This document shows, piece by piece, positions 29,073 to 43,093 of a DNA stretch of 64,000 nucleotides (the stretch's first letter is position 1; each line of letters starts with the position of its first letter). A program made the position numbers and the translations under genes. The DNA comes from Eledone cirrhosa (Eukaryota): positions 256,742,001-256,806,000 of the forward strand of contig OZ024740.1 of assembly GCA_964016885.1 (NCBI GenBank), written 5' to 3'. The notes under the pieces are model-generated. The model had not been told where the DNA came from. It worked only from the letters and a program-made list of their open reading frames with translations, and did not search any database.

Positions 29073-29727
29073 GTAAGTAGCAAATGATTTCTCATTTCAT
29101 TTCAACATTTTACTGTTTATTAACCCTTTTTAGTAGTACCAAAATTGCATGAAAACACCCCAGGCTCTACACTATTAAGCTGTTTATATTTAGCTAAATC
29201 CTTCCATTATTATTTCTCAATCCCTTCGAATTCTTGATTATTCTTAAAATACTTGAATGTCATATATGGTAACGAAAAGGTGAAAAAATAAAATACCTGA
29301 GAAACTCTTGAAGTAAAATCTAATGGATTGTTAAGTCAATCATCCTCAAAATAGGCATTTTTATTTGATTAATCTGAACATGTGTTCAAATACCATGGTA
29401 CAATCAAGAAACCATAGAGGTAATTACAGACACTAAATATGTATGTTAACTAAGTCTACAGGATATATATTTCAAAATATGAGAGCTCCTACGAGGTAGG
29501 AAATAACTGTTAAAATTAATCGGTCACTGTATCAAGTAGTTGAGAAAATTGAATAAATTACCCTAAGAGACGGAAAAAGGTGGACAGAATCCCCTACAAG
29601 GGAATTAAATTTCATATCACTTGAATAATAAAGGACTAGCATCCAAAACTTTATAACACTTTTCCAACGTTTTCAAAAGTCAAACTATTATGCTATTAAT
29701 GTGGAGTATCAATCTCTTCTATTTCTT

Positions 29728-29779
<52 letters not shown>

Positions 29780-30640
29780 TAGTTTTAATCTTTCCATCTA
29801 TCAGTATCACATTTCATAACCTGCAGCTAGTTGTTAAGATACTGTACCAATTGACACGAGATCTATTACAAAAACTGCATAGATGGCAAAGTGAAACCAA
29901 GTTCTTTCTTTGATGTCCCTGATCTATACAGCTCTCCCATTCTTCGCCTTGTAGACTTCCGTTTTCCTGTTATAATTACTTCACACAAATTTCTTAATGA
30001 TTGGTGTGAAGTTCCGCTTCTGTGACAACACATTTTCATTTGTAAATGCGAGTGATTGCTCCACCTTCTAAATATAACAACCAAATTCCCTTCAAATAAG
30101 TGATTGGTGCTGTATGTGATCGCCCTACTTGCTAAATATAGCAGCCAAGTCTTCCTCGTAGCGCACCTCTATCTGTATGAAGGTACGATAAGAACATATT
30201 TGCTGTCCTCATAGATATGCTGTGTCTGAAAACATACATTGAGAGAGAGTATGGATGGAACGTCTTCCATCAAAAATTTAGTTTCTCATCGTTGACCTGG
30301 CTTAACAAGTCCGTTTACATTTATAAATCCCAACCAAAGTGACGGCCTCAACATGGTTAATCGACTTACTAGTAATAGCAGCAAAACTTCCCTCGTACCA
30401 CACTTAACTTTTTAAAATAAAGGGATACTAATTATTCTACTGCTGTTTCTAAGGTGGCATTCGACTACATAAAAGGCCCATTTGCTATTGGATACGATGT
30501 CTTTTCTGTAAAAACTAGTTTCGTCACTCGATACCTTAAGTGCTCTATAGAATTTTACAACAAAGAAAAATATGGATGGCAGTAATGTCTATCTATTGGT
30601 TTCGACTAACGAATTAGATACAACAAAGATATTATATACC

Positions 30641-30810
<170 letters not shown>

Positions 30811-31500
30811 TTCCAAAATGGCTGACTGAATATACACGGGATCATTTCTCAATTTATTTTTCGTTCCTTCCTCTTCTCACTCTAACTTTTTATTTCATCT
30901 TTTATTTCTCATTCTATTTTTTGTTAAAGTAATAGTGTACGAAACGTTAAGAGTGTTTTCCTACTACATTAGGCAATAAACTAATACATTTCTTCATTGT
31001 ACTTTGTCGTTTGCTTTGTAATTTCTGTTTCCTTTATACACACACACACTCTCTTATATATATGACATTAAGTGCAAGAAATAGATATAACGGTTATGGT
31101 AGTTGTTTAGTATGAGGCTAAAATATGGATGACAATAAAGAGGATATATCATTAAGTAAATATGGATGAAAATAGATGTGGCTTTTGTATTTTATATCCA
31201 ATGAGGTTTATGTGTATCATAATGGGATACATACGGATTAGAATATATATGCCGTATCTCTTAGTGTTCGAAGAGGTTGCTAAAAGGAATAGTGCCAGGA
31301 AGGGCATGTGACAATAAAGTATTACCTCAAAAAGGGCGCCATGAAGAGTAGGAAGGCTTACATCTGGGAAATAGCCTTAACAAGCTTGCTGCTGCTGCTG
31401 AATGTCAGTGGTATGTTGCAATGTAGTATTTCAATACAGTGTCGTGGAGCTGCAAGGTGATTGAACATTATAACAATGCAGTCTGGTAGTAAAAAGTGGT

Positions 31501-31718
31501 AGTGCATTATAGCAATGCATCATATATTACAATGGTGCAAAACTGTAGTACATTGTAGCAATGTAGCATGTATTTCGATGCAATGTAGTGATGCAACGTG
31601 AGAGTGCATTGTAGCAATGCATCATATATTACAATGGTGCAAAACTGTAGTACATTGTAGCAATGTAGCATGTATTTCGATGCAATGTAGTGATGCAACG
31701 TGAGAGTGCATTGTAGCA
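31501..31718. repeat. 102-bp tandem duplication (about 2.1 copies)
   Basis: AGCAATGCATCATATATTACAATGG starts at both 31511 and 31613. Confidence 0.9.
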
Positions 31719-32178
31719 ACGCAGTATATATTTTAATGCAGTGTGACATTGCAGTGAAAGTGCAGTCTGACTGGGAACATCTTCTCTCTTGATTAATGCT
31801 GGCATTTGTTTGATGGAGCATGCCATGCAAAGCCTGCTTCATTGCATCCAGCACACACGCGCACACACGCACACACACATAAACACACACATGCTGTTGT
31901 TGGGGACGATAATGATGACGATGTCGGTGGGGATGGCAGTGTGGGGGTTATAAAGAAAAACCGAAATGTACAAATAGCTGTAGGGTGAAGGTACTTGTGT
32001 AATTGATGACGGGGAAAATAGAGATAGAATAATGGATAATTATATATAACAAGCTGAATGAGTTTCGGCGTATAACTTAACGAAACTTAAGTACCTGTGT
32101 ATGTCACTGATGTAACTGATTATATATATATATATATGCGTATATATATATGTGTGTGTGTGGGGGGGTATGTAGGAT

Positions 32179-32460
32179 TGGCTTCTCGGGACTAGAACTG
32201 TCTCATTCGAAGGGAATAATCAGGAATGCTTTTTTTATGTGCCATTGTATTAATGTGTATATTTCTCTAAATATATTTTTTTCAAAGAATCACTGTTCTT
32301 AAAATCCCCTGGTCTATGACCACCCGTCTTAATCACCACCTTCCCCTAGCACCAGAAAACTAAAAAATTCCACCATACGACAATGACAGGTGGCTTTCCT
32401 GATGGTTTCCTTCGAATGAAACAGTTCTAGTCCTGTAGAAGCCATTTCTATATTAAATAT
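32179..32460. mobile_element. Hammerhead fold-back family copy with a ~160-bp spacer; + motif at 32391-32444
   Basis: TGGCTTTC-CTGATGG-TTTCCTTCGAAT-GAAA-CAG-TTCTAGTC-CTG-TA-GAAGCCA, with a diverged inverted partner at 32179-32229. Confidence 0.7.
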
Positions 32461-32469
32461 TGTATAAAC

Positions 32470-34416
32470 AACTTGTTACCGGACGAACAGAAAGGATGCC
32501 GAAGGAAGTCCCGTGGTACAAAAAACCAGTTTCTTATTGATAAGATGGTAATGAGGAATTGCAAGAGGAGGCATACTGGTCTTGCCATGGGATGGATAGA
32601 TTACAAAAAGGCGTTCGACATGGTACCTCATTCTTGGATAACCAAAAGCCTAGAGATCTTGAAGATGGTAGACAACATCAGAGAGCATGAATTCCTGGGA
32701 AACAGAGTTAACATCAGGTGGAGAATCCTTGGGAGGCGAGATGATCAAGAGAGGTATCTTCCAGGGAGATAGTCTGTTCCCTTTGTTGTTTGTCCTTGCC
32801 CTGATACTCCTGCCCGTCATATTGCGAAAATTGAGAGCAGCATACAAGCTAGAAAGAGGAGAGCTTACCATCAATTACCTCCTCTTCATGGACGATCTGA
32901 AAGTCTTTGGGAAGAGTGAGGAGGATTTGGATGTACTTGTTGACACTGTCCGTATTTTCAGCAATGTTATATGTATGGAATTTGGTGCTAATAAGTGTGG
33001 AGTCCTAGTGAGGAAGAGGGGGTAAATTGAGCAGAAGCAACGGAATCCAGGTACCAGCAGGTGAGATGATAAAGGAAATTGACACTGAAGTGGGATACAA
33101 ATATTTAGGTATTCTGGAGGCAGATGACATCAAGAACAAAAGAATTAAGGAATTGATAAGATCTGAATACATAAGGAGAGTAAGGAACATACTAAATTCA
33201 CATCTAAATAGTAGGAATGTCATAAATGCAGTAAATTCCCGAGCTGTGTCTATTATTAGATACAGTGCAGGAATTCTGAAATGGAATGTTGCTGAACAAA
33301 AAGAAATGGATAGGAAGGCTAGGAAGCTAATGACTATCTACAACATGTTCCACAAGAGGAGTGATGTCCATCGACTCTACTTAAAGAGATCTGAAGCTGG
33401 AAGAGGTCTTATCAGCATAGAGGACTGTGTTCAGATGGAGAAAAGCAGCCTGCACAAATATGTGGCTGACAGTAGGGAGCCAATGCTCAAAATTGTACTG
33501 AAGGATACCAGGGGATGTCCAAGGAGGAAATAACAACAAGGAGGAAGAGCAACCTTCATGAAAAATCCTTTCATAGCACCTTCTTTAAGAAAACGGAATT
33601 TAGAGATCCACAGACATGGAACTGGCTAAAAAGAGGAGACCTTAAAAAAAGCTACAGAAAGAATGCTAATGGCCCGCGCAAGAGCAAGCCCTCAGGACGA
33701 AGTGGGTGAAACACCATATTGACAAGGAAGAGGCTAGCTCACGGTGTAGTATCTGTGGCGAGAGAGAGAGGAGACTGTGGCTCACATTGTATCTGAGTGT
33801 AAACACCGAGCCCAGACTCACTATAAAGGCTGGAGACATGATGTGATGGGCAGGGTGATCCACTGGCGCCTATGCAAAGTAAACAATTTACCACTTTCTG
33901 AGAAGTGGTATGAGCATAACCCAGAGTCGGTGATAGAAAACGATCAGGTGAAGGTGCTATAGGATTTTAGGACACAGACGGACAAGAAATTAGAACACAA
34001 TAGGCATGACCTGGTGGTTTTGGACAAGGAAAAAAGATCGTGCCTGATTGTAGATGTAGCCTGCCCATTTGATACGAGAGTGCAAGAGAAGGAGAGGGAG
34101 AAAATTGACCGATACCAGGACTTAAAGTGGGAGTTACAAATGATTTGGAACTGTCATGAGATCATGGTCGTTCCGATTGTCATAAGAGCACTAGGTACTA
34201 TTTCAAAGAGTTTCCAAGGATGGTTAAAGAAGATTAGTCTGGCCTCGTTTTTTCGGAACACTTTAAAAGTCATGCATGCTGGGAACAGCAAGAACCCTCC
34301 AATACGTCCAGAATATCTGAGGCTGCAGTTAGTGGCTTGATATTCATTTCAACAAACTTTCCAGTTAACTAATATCAATGACTGAGACTCAAAGGGAAAA
34401 AGGGGAAAAAAAAAAA

Positions 34417-34448
<32 letters not shown>
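32470..34448 (+). mobile_element. R4/Dong-like non-LTR retrotransposon (RT, CCHC finger and restriction-like endonuclease), 5'-truncated and frameshifted
   Basis: Reads [82 protein letters not shown] and EKIDRYQDL, with a (TAA)n tail at 34419-34448. Confidence 0.93.
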
Positions 34449-34515
34449 GTGGAAGAAAAATTAATTTGCACGTACATGGTCATTCAGAGAAGAAAGTTCA
34501 TTTCTCTGGCCACCC

Positions 34516-34576
<61 letters not shown>

Positions 34577-34710
34577 TATATATATATTGGTGTGTGTGTT
34601 TGTGTATGCATTTATATATACATATATATGTATATATATAGAAGGGTGGCCAGAGAAATGAACTTTCTTCTCTGAATGACCATGTACGTGCAAATTAATT
34701 TTTCTTCCAC

Positions 34711-34742
<32 letters not shown>

Positions 34743-34797
34743 TTTTTTTTTTTTCCCCTTTTTCCCTTTGAGTCTCAGTCATTGATATTAGTTAACT
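34363..34797. repeat. Essentially perfect ~157-bp inverted repeat around a TA-rich spacer
   Basis: 34363-34518 is the reverse complement of 34641-34797. The ORF track shows the same [18 protein letters not shown] peptide on both strands. Confidence 0.95.
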
Positions 34798-34809
34798 ATA
34801 TATATATGA

Positions 34810-34927
34810 AAAGATTAAGGACCCTGACGGCTGAGCTCTGGCCTCTCGACAGCTACTACTATCGAGTAATTTATCGAGTACTTTAATGGGTTATGGTCCA
34901 CCTGGGATTTTACCACACCCGTTCTGA
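34810..34927. mobile_element. Degenerate copy of the 8783-8955 family
   Basis: GACCCTGACGGCTGAGCTC...TCGACAGCTA followed by ATCGAGTACTTT...TTATGGTCCACCTGG..TTACCACA. Confidence 0.65.
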
Positions 34928-35764
34928 TATACATAATTACATGTACATATGTATGTCAATATACATATACATATGTAAATATATAAATAAAAATATGTAC
35001 ATATATGTATATGCATATATATGAATGCATGTATTACATATATATGTGCGCGTGTGTGTGTGTATGCATATATATTTATATATATACATATATATATATG
35101 TATATGCATATATATATATATGTATATATATATGTATACATATATGTATACATATATTTGTATATATCTATGTATATAAATGTATATGTATATATATATG
35201 TGTTTATATTTATATATAAAAATGTATATCTATCACGATAAATTAACGGAGCCATAGACGCTCGTTATTCCCTGTCAATAATGTGCTCAAAGGAAAAGGA
35301 ATCCTGAGCTCTTTAAAATACAATATGTTGAAAAGGTAACACACTAAAGAGAGAGAGTGTGCCATCAATAAAACAGAGAAACCTACCAGTGTATGGAATC
35401 TATAACCTATGGAAGGCAGGGTAGACACACAATAATTAAAAATATAAATTAGAATGAATATACGCACCTCTATAACTATATAACACACGCGTACAAATCC
35501 AAAGAGATCTGTTTCGCTAAGAAGTTGTTGACTGAAATGGAGTAGCCCATGGTTCATCAGCGCATGCAATGCCATACATTTCAGACAACTCTAAGAGAAT
35601 TTAAAGCGATCGTCCAGCTACACGTGGGGGAGAGATGTAACAGCGTGTTTAGGGCAGTGAACCAGTGGTGTCGGAGGGGCGAGCTGCTAGAAAAGGCAGC
35701 CCCAAACCAAACAGAGATGTGTGCTCAACCAAACAGAGAGAGAAGAGAGACTGTTATAATATAT

Positions 35765-35953
35765 CATTTTTTCTACTTTTGGCACAAAGCCAGCAAATAT
35801 CCAGTGCATTACTGGTACTTTATTTTATCGGCCCCGTAAGCATGAAAGGTAAAGTTAACCTCGGCGGGATTTGAACTCAGAATGGCAAGGGCCGTAACTC
35901 TATGCGTCAAAGCATGGCGTCCGACCCTCTACCGATAATGCCAATCCACCGCC
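35765..35953 (-). mobile_element. SINE family A, full length
   Basis: Reverse complement of 9349-9533, with TGTTATAATATAT flanking both sides (TSD). Confidence 0.9.
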
Positions 35954-36523
35954 TTGTTTATAATATATAATACGTCGTTATGTGGAGCGGTGAGAACAAT
36001 TACACGCAAAGACAAAACCACGTTTATAGTATAAATAAAGTCGTAAGCAAATATTCTATTTGGGAAACCGAATGATTCTTGGCTTCAGAATTAAGAATAA
36101 TGTAAATAAATTAGTAGAACGAAAATGACCGAGGTTATTAAAATCAATAATAATTAAATATATACATACACGCATCCGTATACATGCATACGCGAAAACA
36201 CCGGCCATGCATATACATAGACACGCGCACACATACATAAACCCGCGCGACACATGTACCCGCACACATACGAATGTATACACCAAATACACATTAAAAA
36301 AAAAATATATATATATATATGTGTGTGTGTGTATACATATAATTATATAAACGTTTATAAATATATACACATAAATACGTATATAGCGCACACTATATTG
36401 TGAGTCACTAAACAGCCTTAATAAAATGAACTTTAAAACTCTACTTCGGTATTGAGATCTTTCTCTCAGTCATCGACGACATACGGATATACTTACATAG
36501 ACACACACACATACACACACACA

Positions 36524-36595
<72 letters not shown>

Positions 36596-37687
36596 TTATA
36601 TATATATATTTATATATATATATATATATATATAACACCATCACCTACAGGACGGGCACACTCACACACAAACCTATAGAGGTCATATTAGAAATCTTTG
36701 AAAAAATTAAAGAGCCAGATGACTAGAGATAAGAGGGTGAAGGGGAAAATTCTGAGGCTGGAGAAAGAGGATAGCTGGATTGAATTGGTGTATTGTAAGA
36801 GGGTGGGGTTGATTGGGGAGCTATTAAAAATAAAGAAGTCGAAAACTGAAAACACACCAAATGACTTTGAAGAATGAGTGAGAGACACATTGAGAGATGA
36901 TTACTGTGAGAATATGGGAATCATCTTCATGCTTCATTGGACATTTCATCGGATAGATCTTACTCTCTACTTCTGATGAGTAAGATGAAGGTTGGCGGGG
37001 GTTTGTCCAGATGATTTGTTGACGGAGGGGTTGGGAGGGTAGTCCATTGCACTTAACGTTGTACTGTACGGACATCTATGATAAAAAAAACTAACAAAAA
37101 AAAATTGCATCTCTCTCTTCTCTGGTATAGATTCTCAATCAAAGTTGCTGCTGCTACTACTACTTCAACAACAACAACAACAACAACTACTACTACTACT
37201 ATTACTGAACTCCTCCAGAAGAACGTTAATAATAATAATAATAATTGTTGTTGTTGGTTTTTAACAATCAAATGAATGAGATCTTAATCAATAACATCAA
37301 TAGTTTGTGAAAGTTGGTGGGAGGGAGTAGCAGTAGTGGTGCTGGTGGAGGAGGAGATTGTAAGTGTCGTTAGTAGTGTTAGTGATATGGACGTATTGGT
37401 AGTAGTTTTAGTGGTGGTGTTGTATAAGTCAGTATTCCTAGTGTTAGTGATTCTGGTGTTGGTTTTGGTGTTGTAAGAAATAATGTTGCTGGGTGGAAGC
37501 AGTGTTTATATCTTTGTCGGTGATAGAAGTGATGGTGCAGTGTCAGTTGTTGTTTGTGTTGTTAATATTAACAATAATGTACGTGGTGGTGGTTGATGTG
37601 AAAATTGTAGTAGTTACATATATAATTGCCATGTTAGTAGGTATGCTACATCCCAAATATTTCGAAAGAAACGATCACGAATTTTAA

Positions 37688-37889
37688 TGCGTGGGTAGGC
37701 TGAAAGGTTCATAAGTTGACTATGAAAAAATAGTGCTAGGGTTGTGAAATCTTGCAAGCATTAATTTCAACTCTTCGTATTAATATCTGCATTGTTACTT
37801 TCCAGGGATTATGTTGAAAAATAAACCTCATTTAGTCATTCCAAGAGTTTATCGTGGTCAGCCTATGATATTTTCAGTAGACCCTAGTA
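37688..37889. mobile_element. Degenerate Tc1/mariner-type MITE
   Basis: Imperfect TIRs TGCGTGGGTAGGCTGAAAGGTTCATAAGTTGAC and GTCAGCCTATGATATTTTCAGTAGACCCTAGTA resemble TA-CGAGGG mariner ends. Confidence 0.55.
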
Positions 37890-37983
37890 TTTTATCCTAT
37901 ATTAAATCTTAATATACACAAAAATTAATTAACAATATCAGTACTAATGATGTGAAAATTAGTTACCCCATTTCATACTTAGT

Positions 37984-38055
37984 GTAACGTTTATAAGGCT
38001 ATTGTGTAGGCATTATACCGTAACGTTTATAAGGCTATTGAGTAGGCATTATACG
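37984..38055. repeat. 36-bp tandem duplication
   Basis: GTAACGTTTATAAGGCTATTG(T/A)GTAGGCATTATAC occurs at 37984 and 38020. Confidence 0.9.
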
Positions 38056-38779
38056 ACCAACCGTAACGTATTAGAGAGACGGTGGCGTTTGATCAATGAT
38101 TTTGTTATCTCCTGATGAGACTTCAATAAATGTTCGATGAAAAGACTAATAATCAATCTATAATTTTTTTCAATCTACAGAAAAATACGTAAATTGGACA
38201 TTTTTATATGTCTATATACCCGATGTGTTGCATTTATATACAATTTAATACCGTACAATATTTGTACAGGTCTGTATATAGAGTACATTTCAGCTGATTA
38301 CTGCCTAATTTATAAAATGTCAAAAGATGAATGCTGGGTGAATAAGATACTTTGTCACCAACAGAGAGGTAGACAGATGTTCACAGGGGATTCACATCAT
38401 GTTAGTTGAATAGAAAAGAAATTATAAGGACAGATGTAGATAATCATGGCCGATCCTACGTCAGATTTGACGGCGAGTATACGGTTGTTCGATCAACTCT
38501 TTAATGACTCGATTCGTGAATTAACGTCTAAGTGACTGAATATTCCACAACGATGTGTACCCTTAACGTAGTTATCATAATCGACTCGGTGTATCATGAC
38601 TGGCCCTTTGAATTATAGGTGCAATTCGCCTCACGGGATTCCATTACCCCATTTCACACATAAAGTTGGCACTTTTACTGGGTCACTACTCACTTCAATG
38701 GACAATGATAACATTCGTACAAGTATCTAGTCAATCTAAAAGAAAAACCCTCAAAAATGAAAGAGGACACGTTAGCGCG

Positions 38780-38866
<87 letters not shown>

Positions 38867-39261
38867 CATAAGGCCAGGAGTTGCGACCAGCAGATAGAAT
38901 CAGGAATGGAAACATAGTCTCTGTGGTCCGATTTGAAGCGTTCTACTCCATTCGGCAAGCGAGTGAGGTGTGGGATCTTGTCGATGTATGTATGTATGTA
39001 TAATGTTCAAATTATTTTGAAAGTAAGTAAGAATATGAAGGGTTGTAGTAATATAATTAACTTTTCAATGAAATTGTTTTTTTGGAATATAACTGAAATT
39101 GTTACATAAAATTATGATGGTACGTTTCCAAGTAAATTTATAAACATTTTAAAATAAACAGATTTTTATTTTATAACCAGGTGCGGTTCTATGCGGTATG
39201 GTAGCTAAATTGTTAAAGAAATCAATCACTAACATGTATTTTATCTTCGATCATATATATG

Positions 39262-39415
39262 TCTTGTTTAGATGAAAGCGTCCATGTTTCACTTCCATAT
39301 AGCATTATTGGTTGAATTGTTACTTGGAAGAGTCTGATTTTGTTGTAGTTGGAAAAATTTGAGCGCCAAACTCGATCCATTTTGTTGCAAGCTGACCATG
39401 CGGCAATGAACGACA
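39262..39415 (-). mobile_element. RTE LINE fragment
   Basis: AAWSACNKMDRVWRS...IQPIMLYGSETWTLS. Confidence 0.75.
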
Positions 39416-40495
39416 GACCCACGGGGAGATCAATTGTTGTGTCGATTTCGGCTGAAACCGCCGGATGAAGATGATGATATAAATGTCTTATTCAGCTAAT
39501 GTAGAACCAGTATTATTATTTTTATTGTTATTTTTCATAACATTATTATACGTAATTAATAGGAAAAAATACATAAACACATATGTATCATAACACAACT
39601 AAAACCACAACTAACAACAACAATGCCAAAGATACATAGACATTCATAAAATAACGACTAACATCAGCACTACCAACAAAATACATAGACATATATATGA
39701 AATAACAAACATGACCACCACCAACAACAACACCAAAATACATTGAGACATACAAAATAACAAAATTTACACCAACACTACCACCATCACCACCAACAAC
39801 AAGAACAACAAAAGCTAAAAACAAGATTGCTACGATGGAAATGCCGATTAATTTAAAACCTAGTAGTGGTTGCGTTTGTTGTTGCTGTTGAATAGGTCAA
39901 TGTAATGGTGGTGGTTGTGTTGGTGTGGCGTGACTGTTAACCTACGCCCCCTGGTGGTATTAAATGACTATAACTCTTCATACCCACTGAACATGTTAAC
40001 TGATTGATAAGCTAAAGTCTAGAATAGATTTCCCTTGTATTTTTAGTTTTATACGTATATACATATACATGCATATATATGTCCTTATCATTTTGGCCAT
40101 CATTATTATGTTGTTGTAGTTGTTGTAATGGTGGTGGTAGTGGTGGTGGTGGTGAAGGTGTTGAAGCTATTGGAGGTGTTGTTGTTGTTGCTGGTGGTGG
40201 TGGTAGTGGATAAGATGTTCATAATGTTGGGATTGTTATATATGGTATAGTTTGGTCAGACATATTGAAAATATACACAAACACAAAATGCACGCACACA
40301 AAGACCAAATCTAGTTAACAAGAACAACAATCATTTTACAACAAATCGATTTAACAACGACTACAGTATTAAAAAGGAAAAAAAATAAACAAAGAATTCA
40401 CCGAACTGATCGATATTCTAGTTACACGTGAGCCATTTTTAATTTTAAGATTTGAAGAATTGAGAAAAATGGGCGTATATATATATGTATATATA

Positions 40496-40573
40496 AATTG
40501 CCTTGTCTGACGAACGAATGTGGACGTTTCTTGTATTCGTCTTGTTCGGGAAACATTTGGTAATGAGGTAATT
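40496..40573 (+). ncRNA. Type-I hammerhead ribozyme motif with an 11-bp stem I and extended stem II
   Basis: AATTGCCTTGT-CTGACGA (40507-13)-A-CGAAT..GGACG...CGTCT.GTTCG-G-GAAA (40550-53)-CATTTGG-TA^-ATGAGGTAATT. Confidence 0.75.
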
Positions 40574-40583
40574 ATATTGTATT

Positions 40584-40637
<54 letters not shown>

Positions 40638-40651
40638 ATGTATATATGTAA

Positions 40652-40684
<33 letters not shown>

Positions 40685-40694
40685 AGTGTATGTG

Positions 40695-40735
<41 letters not shown>

Positions 40736-40851
40736 GTGTGTGTATATATATATGCGTGTGTGTGTGTATGTATATATGTATATATATATATATAGATATT
40801 AATATATATACATGTGTGTGTGTATGTATATATATATATATATATATATAC

Positions 40852-40907
<56 letters not shown>

Positions 40908-40929
40908 GTATATATATATATATATATAC

Positions 40930-40990
<61 letters not shown>

Positions 40991-40995
<5 letters not shown>

Positions 40996-41640
40996 ATACT
41001 TGGGGAGGGTCATATTTGTGTAATATTGCCAGAATTAATAACAGAACACATTCACTGTTTGGTTGGTTTTCGTTTTTCGCTTCTGTGTCTTTTATATCGG
41101 TTAATTTAATTTATTCGGTCCTCAATGTTGCCATAGACTGACCAACGGTCAAACATACAGATACAATATAGACACAAACACATTGCATTGTATGTCTACG
41201 CCATCTTTATTTAGTCTGTTTATATATTTATTTATTTGTTTATTTATTTATTTTTGTTGTCTTCTTTGCGCATGCGTTTGCGTGTGTATAGTGTTTTGTT
41301 TGATGTGTGTTCGTGTTTGGGTGACTGTATTTGTTAATGTATTCTATCTTTACTAGTGTGTGTTTATATTGTTTGTTTATATTGTGCTTGTGTATGTATT
41401 TAATTATTTATCTATTTATTTATTTATTTATTTATACTTCTCTTATGTCAGTGTTATTTGTTTGGGTGTTGTTGTTATTCCATTCATTTTTTTCTGTTTA
41501 GCCTTGGCCTTCTAAGTCCTATTTCACTGGCCTCTCTGATTTGCCTATCTGCTGGGTCATTTCTATGTTTAGATATTATTCTAATTTCTATGTTGTCTAT
41601 GTTACCGTCGTGTTGTTGTCTGGCATGTTCGTATACGAAC
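40991..41640 (-). mobile_element. PLE family P1, second copy (C-terminal GIY-YIG fragment and 3' region, hammerhead segment deleted)
   Basis: Minus-strand [49 protein letters not shown] matches the 23366 frame, and the terminal segment is the same as at 24252 and 18977. Confidence 0.88.
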
Positions 41641-41659
41641 ATGCCAGACAACAACACGA

Positions 41660-41782
41660 GCCGGTGCCACAGTAAAGCCAGAGTCCTGGTGTTTCTCCAG
41701 TGCAAGGCGCATACAATAGTCCACTACGATGATAAAAAGGTATGGAGCCAATGTATCTCCCTGGAGCACTCCAGCCAGTATA
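41660..41782 (-). mobile_element. RTE-type RT fragment
   Basis: [25 protein letters not shown]. Confidence 0.8.
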
Positions 41783-41913
41783 TTTATATATATATATATA
41801 TATATACGTGTATATATATATATATATACGTGTATATATATATATGTACATGTGTATATATATATATATATACACACACATACACTAACATATATATATA
41901 TACATATATACAT

Positions 41914-41984
<71 letters not shown>

Positions 41985-41993
41985 AAACAATAT

Positions 41994-42071
41994 AATTACC
42001 TCATTGCCAAAGGTTTCCCGAATAAGACGAATACAAGAAACGTCCGCATTCGTTCGTCAGACAAGGCAATT
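41994..42071 (-). ncRNA. Type-I hammerhead motif, inverted partner of 40496-40573
   Basis: The reverse complement reads AATTGCCTTGT-CTGACGA-ACGAATGCGGACG...CGTCTTATTCGG-GAAA-CCTTTGG-CA-ATGAGGTAATT. Stem III (CC/GG) is intact but the U of the cleavage triplet is changed to C. Confidence 0.65.
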
Positions 42072-42203
42072 TATATATGCACATATATATACGCCCATTT
42101 CTCCCAATTCTTCAAATCTTAAAATTAAAAATGGCTCACGTGTAATTAGAATATCGATCAGTTCGGTGAATTTTTTGTTTAATACTTTCCTTTTATATAT
42201 ATA

Positions 42204-42246
<43 letters not shown>

Positions 42247-42250
42247 TATA

Positions 42251-42288
<38 letters not shown>

Positions 42289-42616
42289 TATATATATGTA
42301 TATATGTATATATATATATATGTATATATATATGTGTATATGTATATATATATATATGTATATATGTATATATATATATATGTATATATATGTATATATA
42401 TATATATATATATATGTATATGTATATATATATATGCATATATGTATATATATATATATATATATCTAAATAAATAAATTATACAATTATCAAAGTTGTG
42501 TTCAAATCAATCTTACATGGAGCTATTTCTCTTACTGGTAATAAGGTAATAGGAAATTACTGACCTTCCTGTTTATAAATAGTATTATTATTACATATAT
42601 ATGACATGGTTTCGGA

Positions 42617-42765
42617 CATGCTTTCCAGCATAGTTACGTCCCTTTACGATCTGAGTTCAAATCCCGCCGAGGTTAACTTTGCCTTTCATCCTTACGGGGT
42701 CGATAAAATAAAGTACCAGTAATGTACTGGTTAATTGCTGGTCTTGTGCCAAAAGTAGAAATAAT
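42617..42765 (+). mobile_element. SINE family A, 5'-truncated
   Basis: Matches the 9349-9533 SINE from CATGCTTTCCAGC onward. Confidence 0.88.
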
Positions 42766-42815
42766 TATTACATATATATGTATATGTATATATATATGTA
42801 TATAAATATATATAC

Positions 42816-42897
<82 letters not shown>

Positions 42898-43062
42898 GGA
42901 TACCTGCAAATATTCGTACTTATTTGAATATCTTCACTACGCATTTTTCACGATTTTAGAAACGAGGGCTTTGAACTTTTCTATGGTATTGTAGAGAGAA
43001 ATAATATCCAAGAAATGCGAGAAAACATTGATTTAACAAAGAGAGTTCTCCGTGTTAATATC

Positions 43063-43093
<31 letters not shown>

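Noticed and set aside
38105-38150. CTGATGA-GAC...GAAA hammerhead-like string
   Set aside because: I could not form convincing stems I and III or a cleavage triplet.
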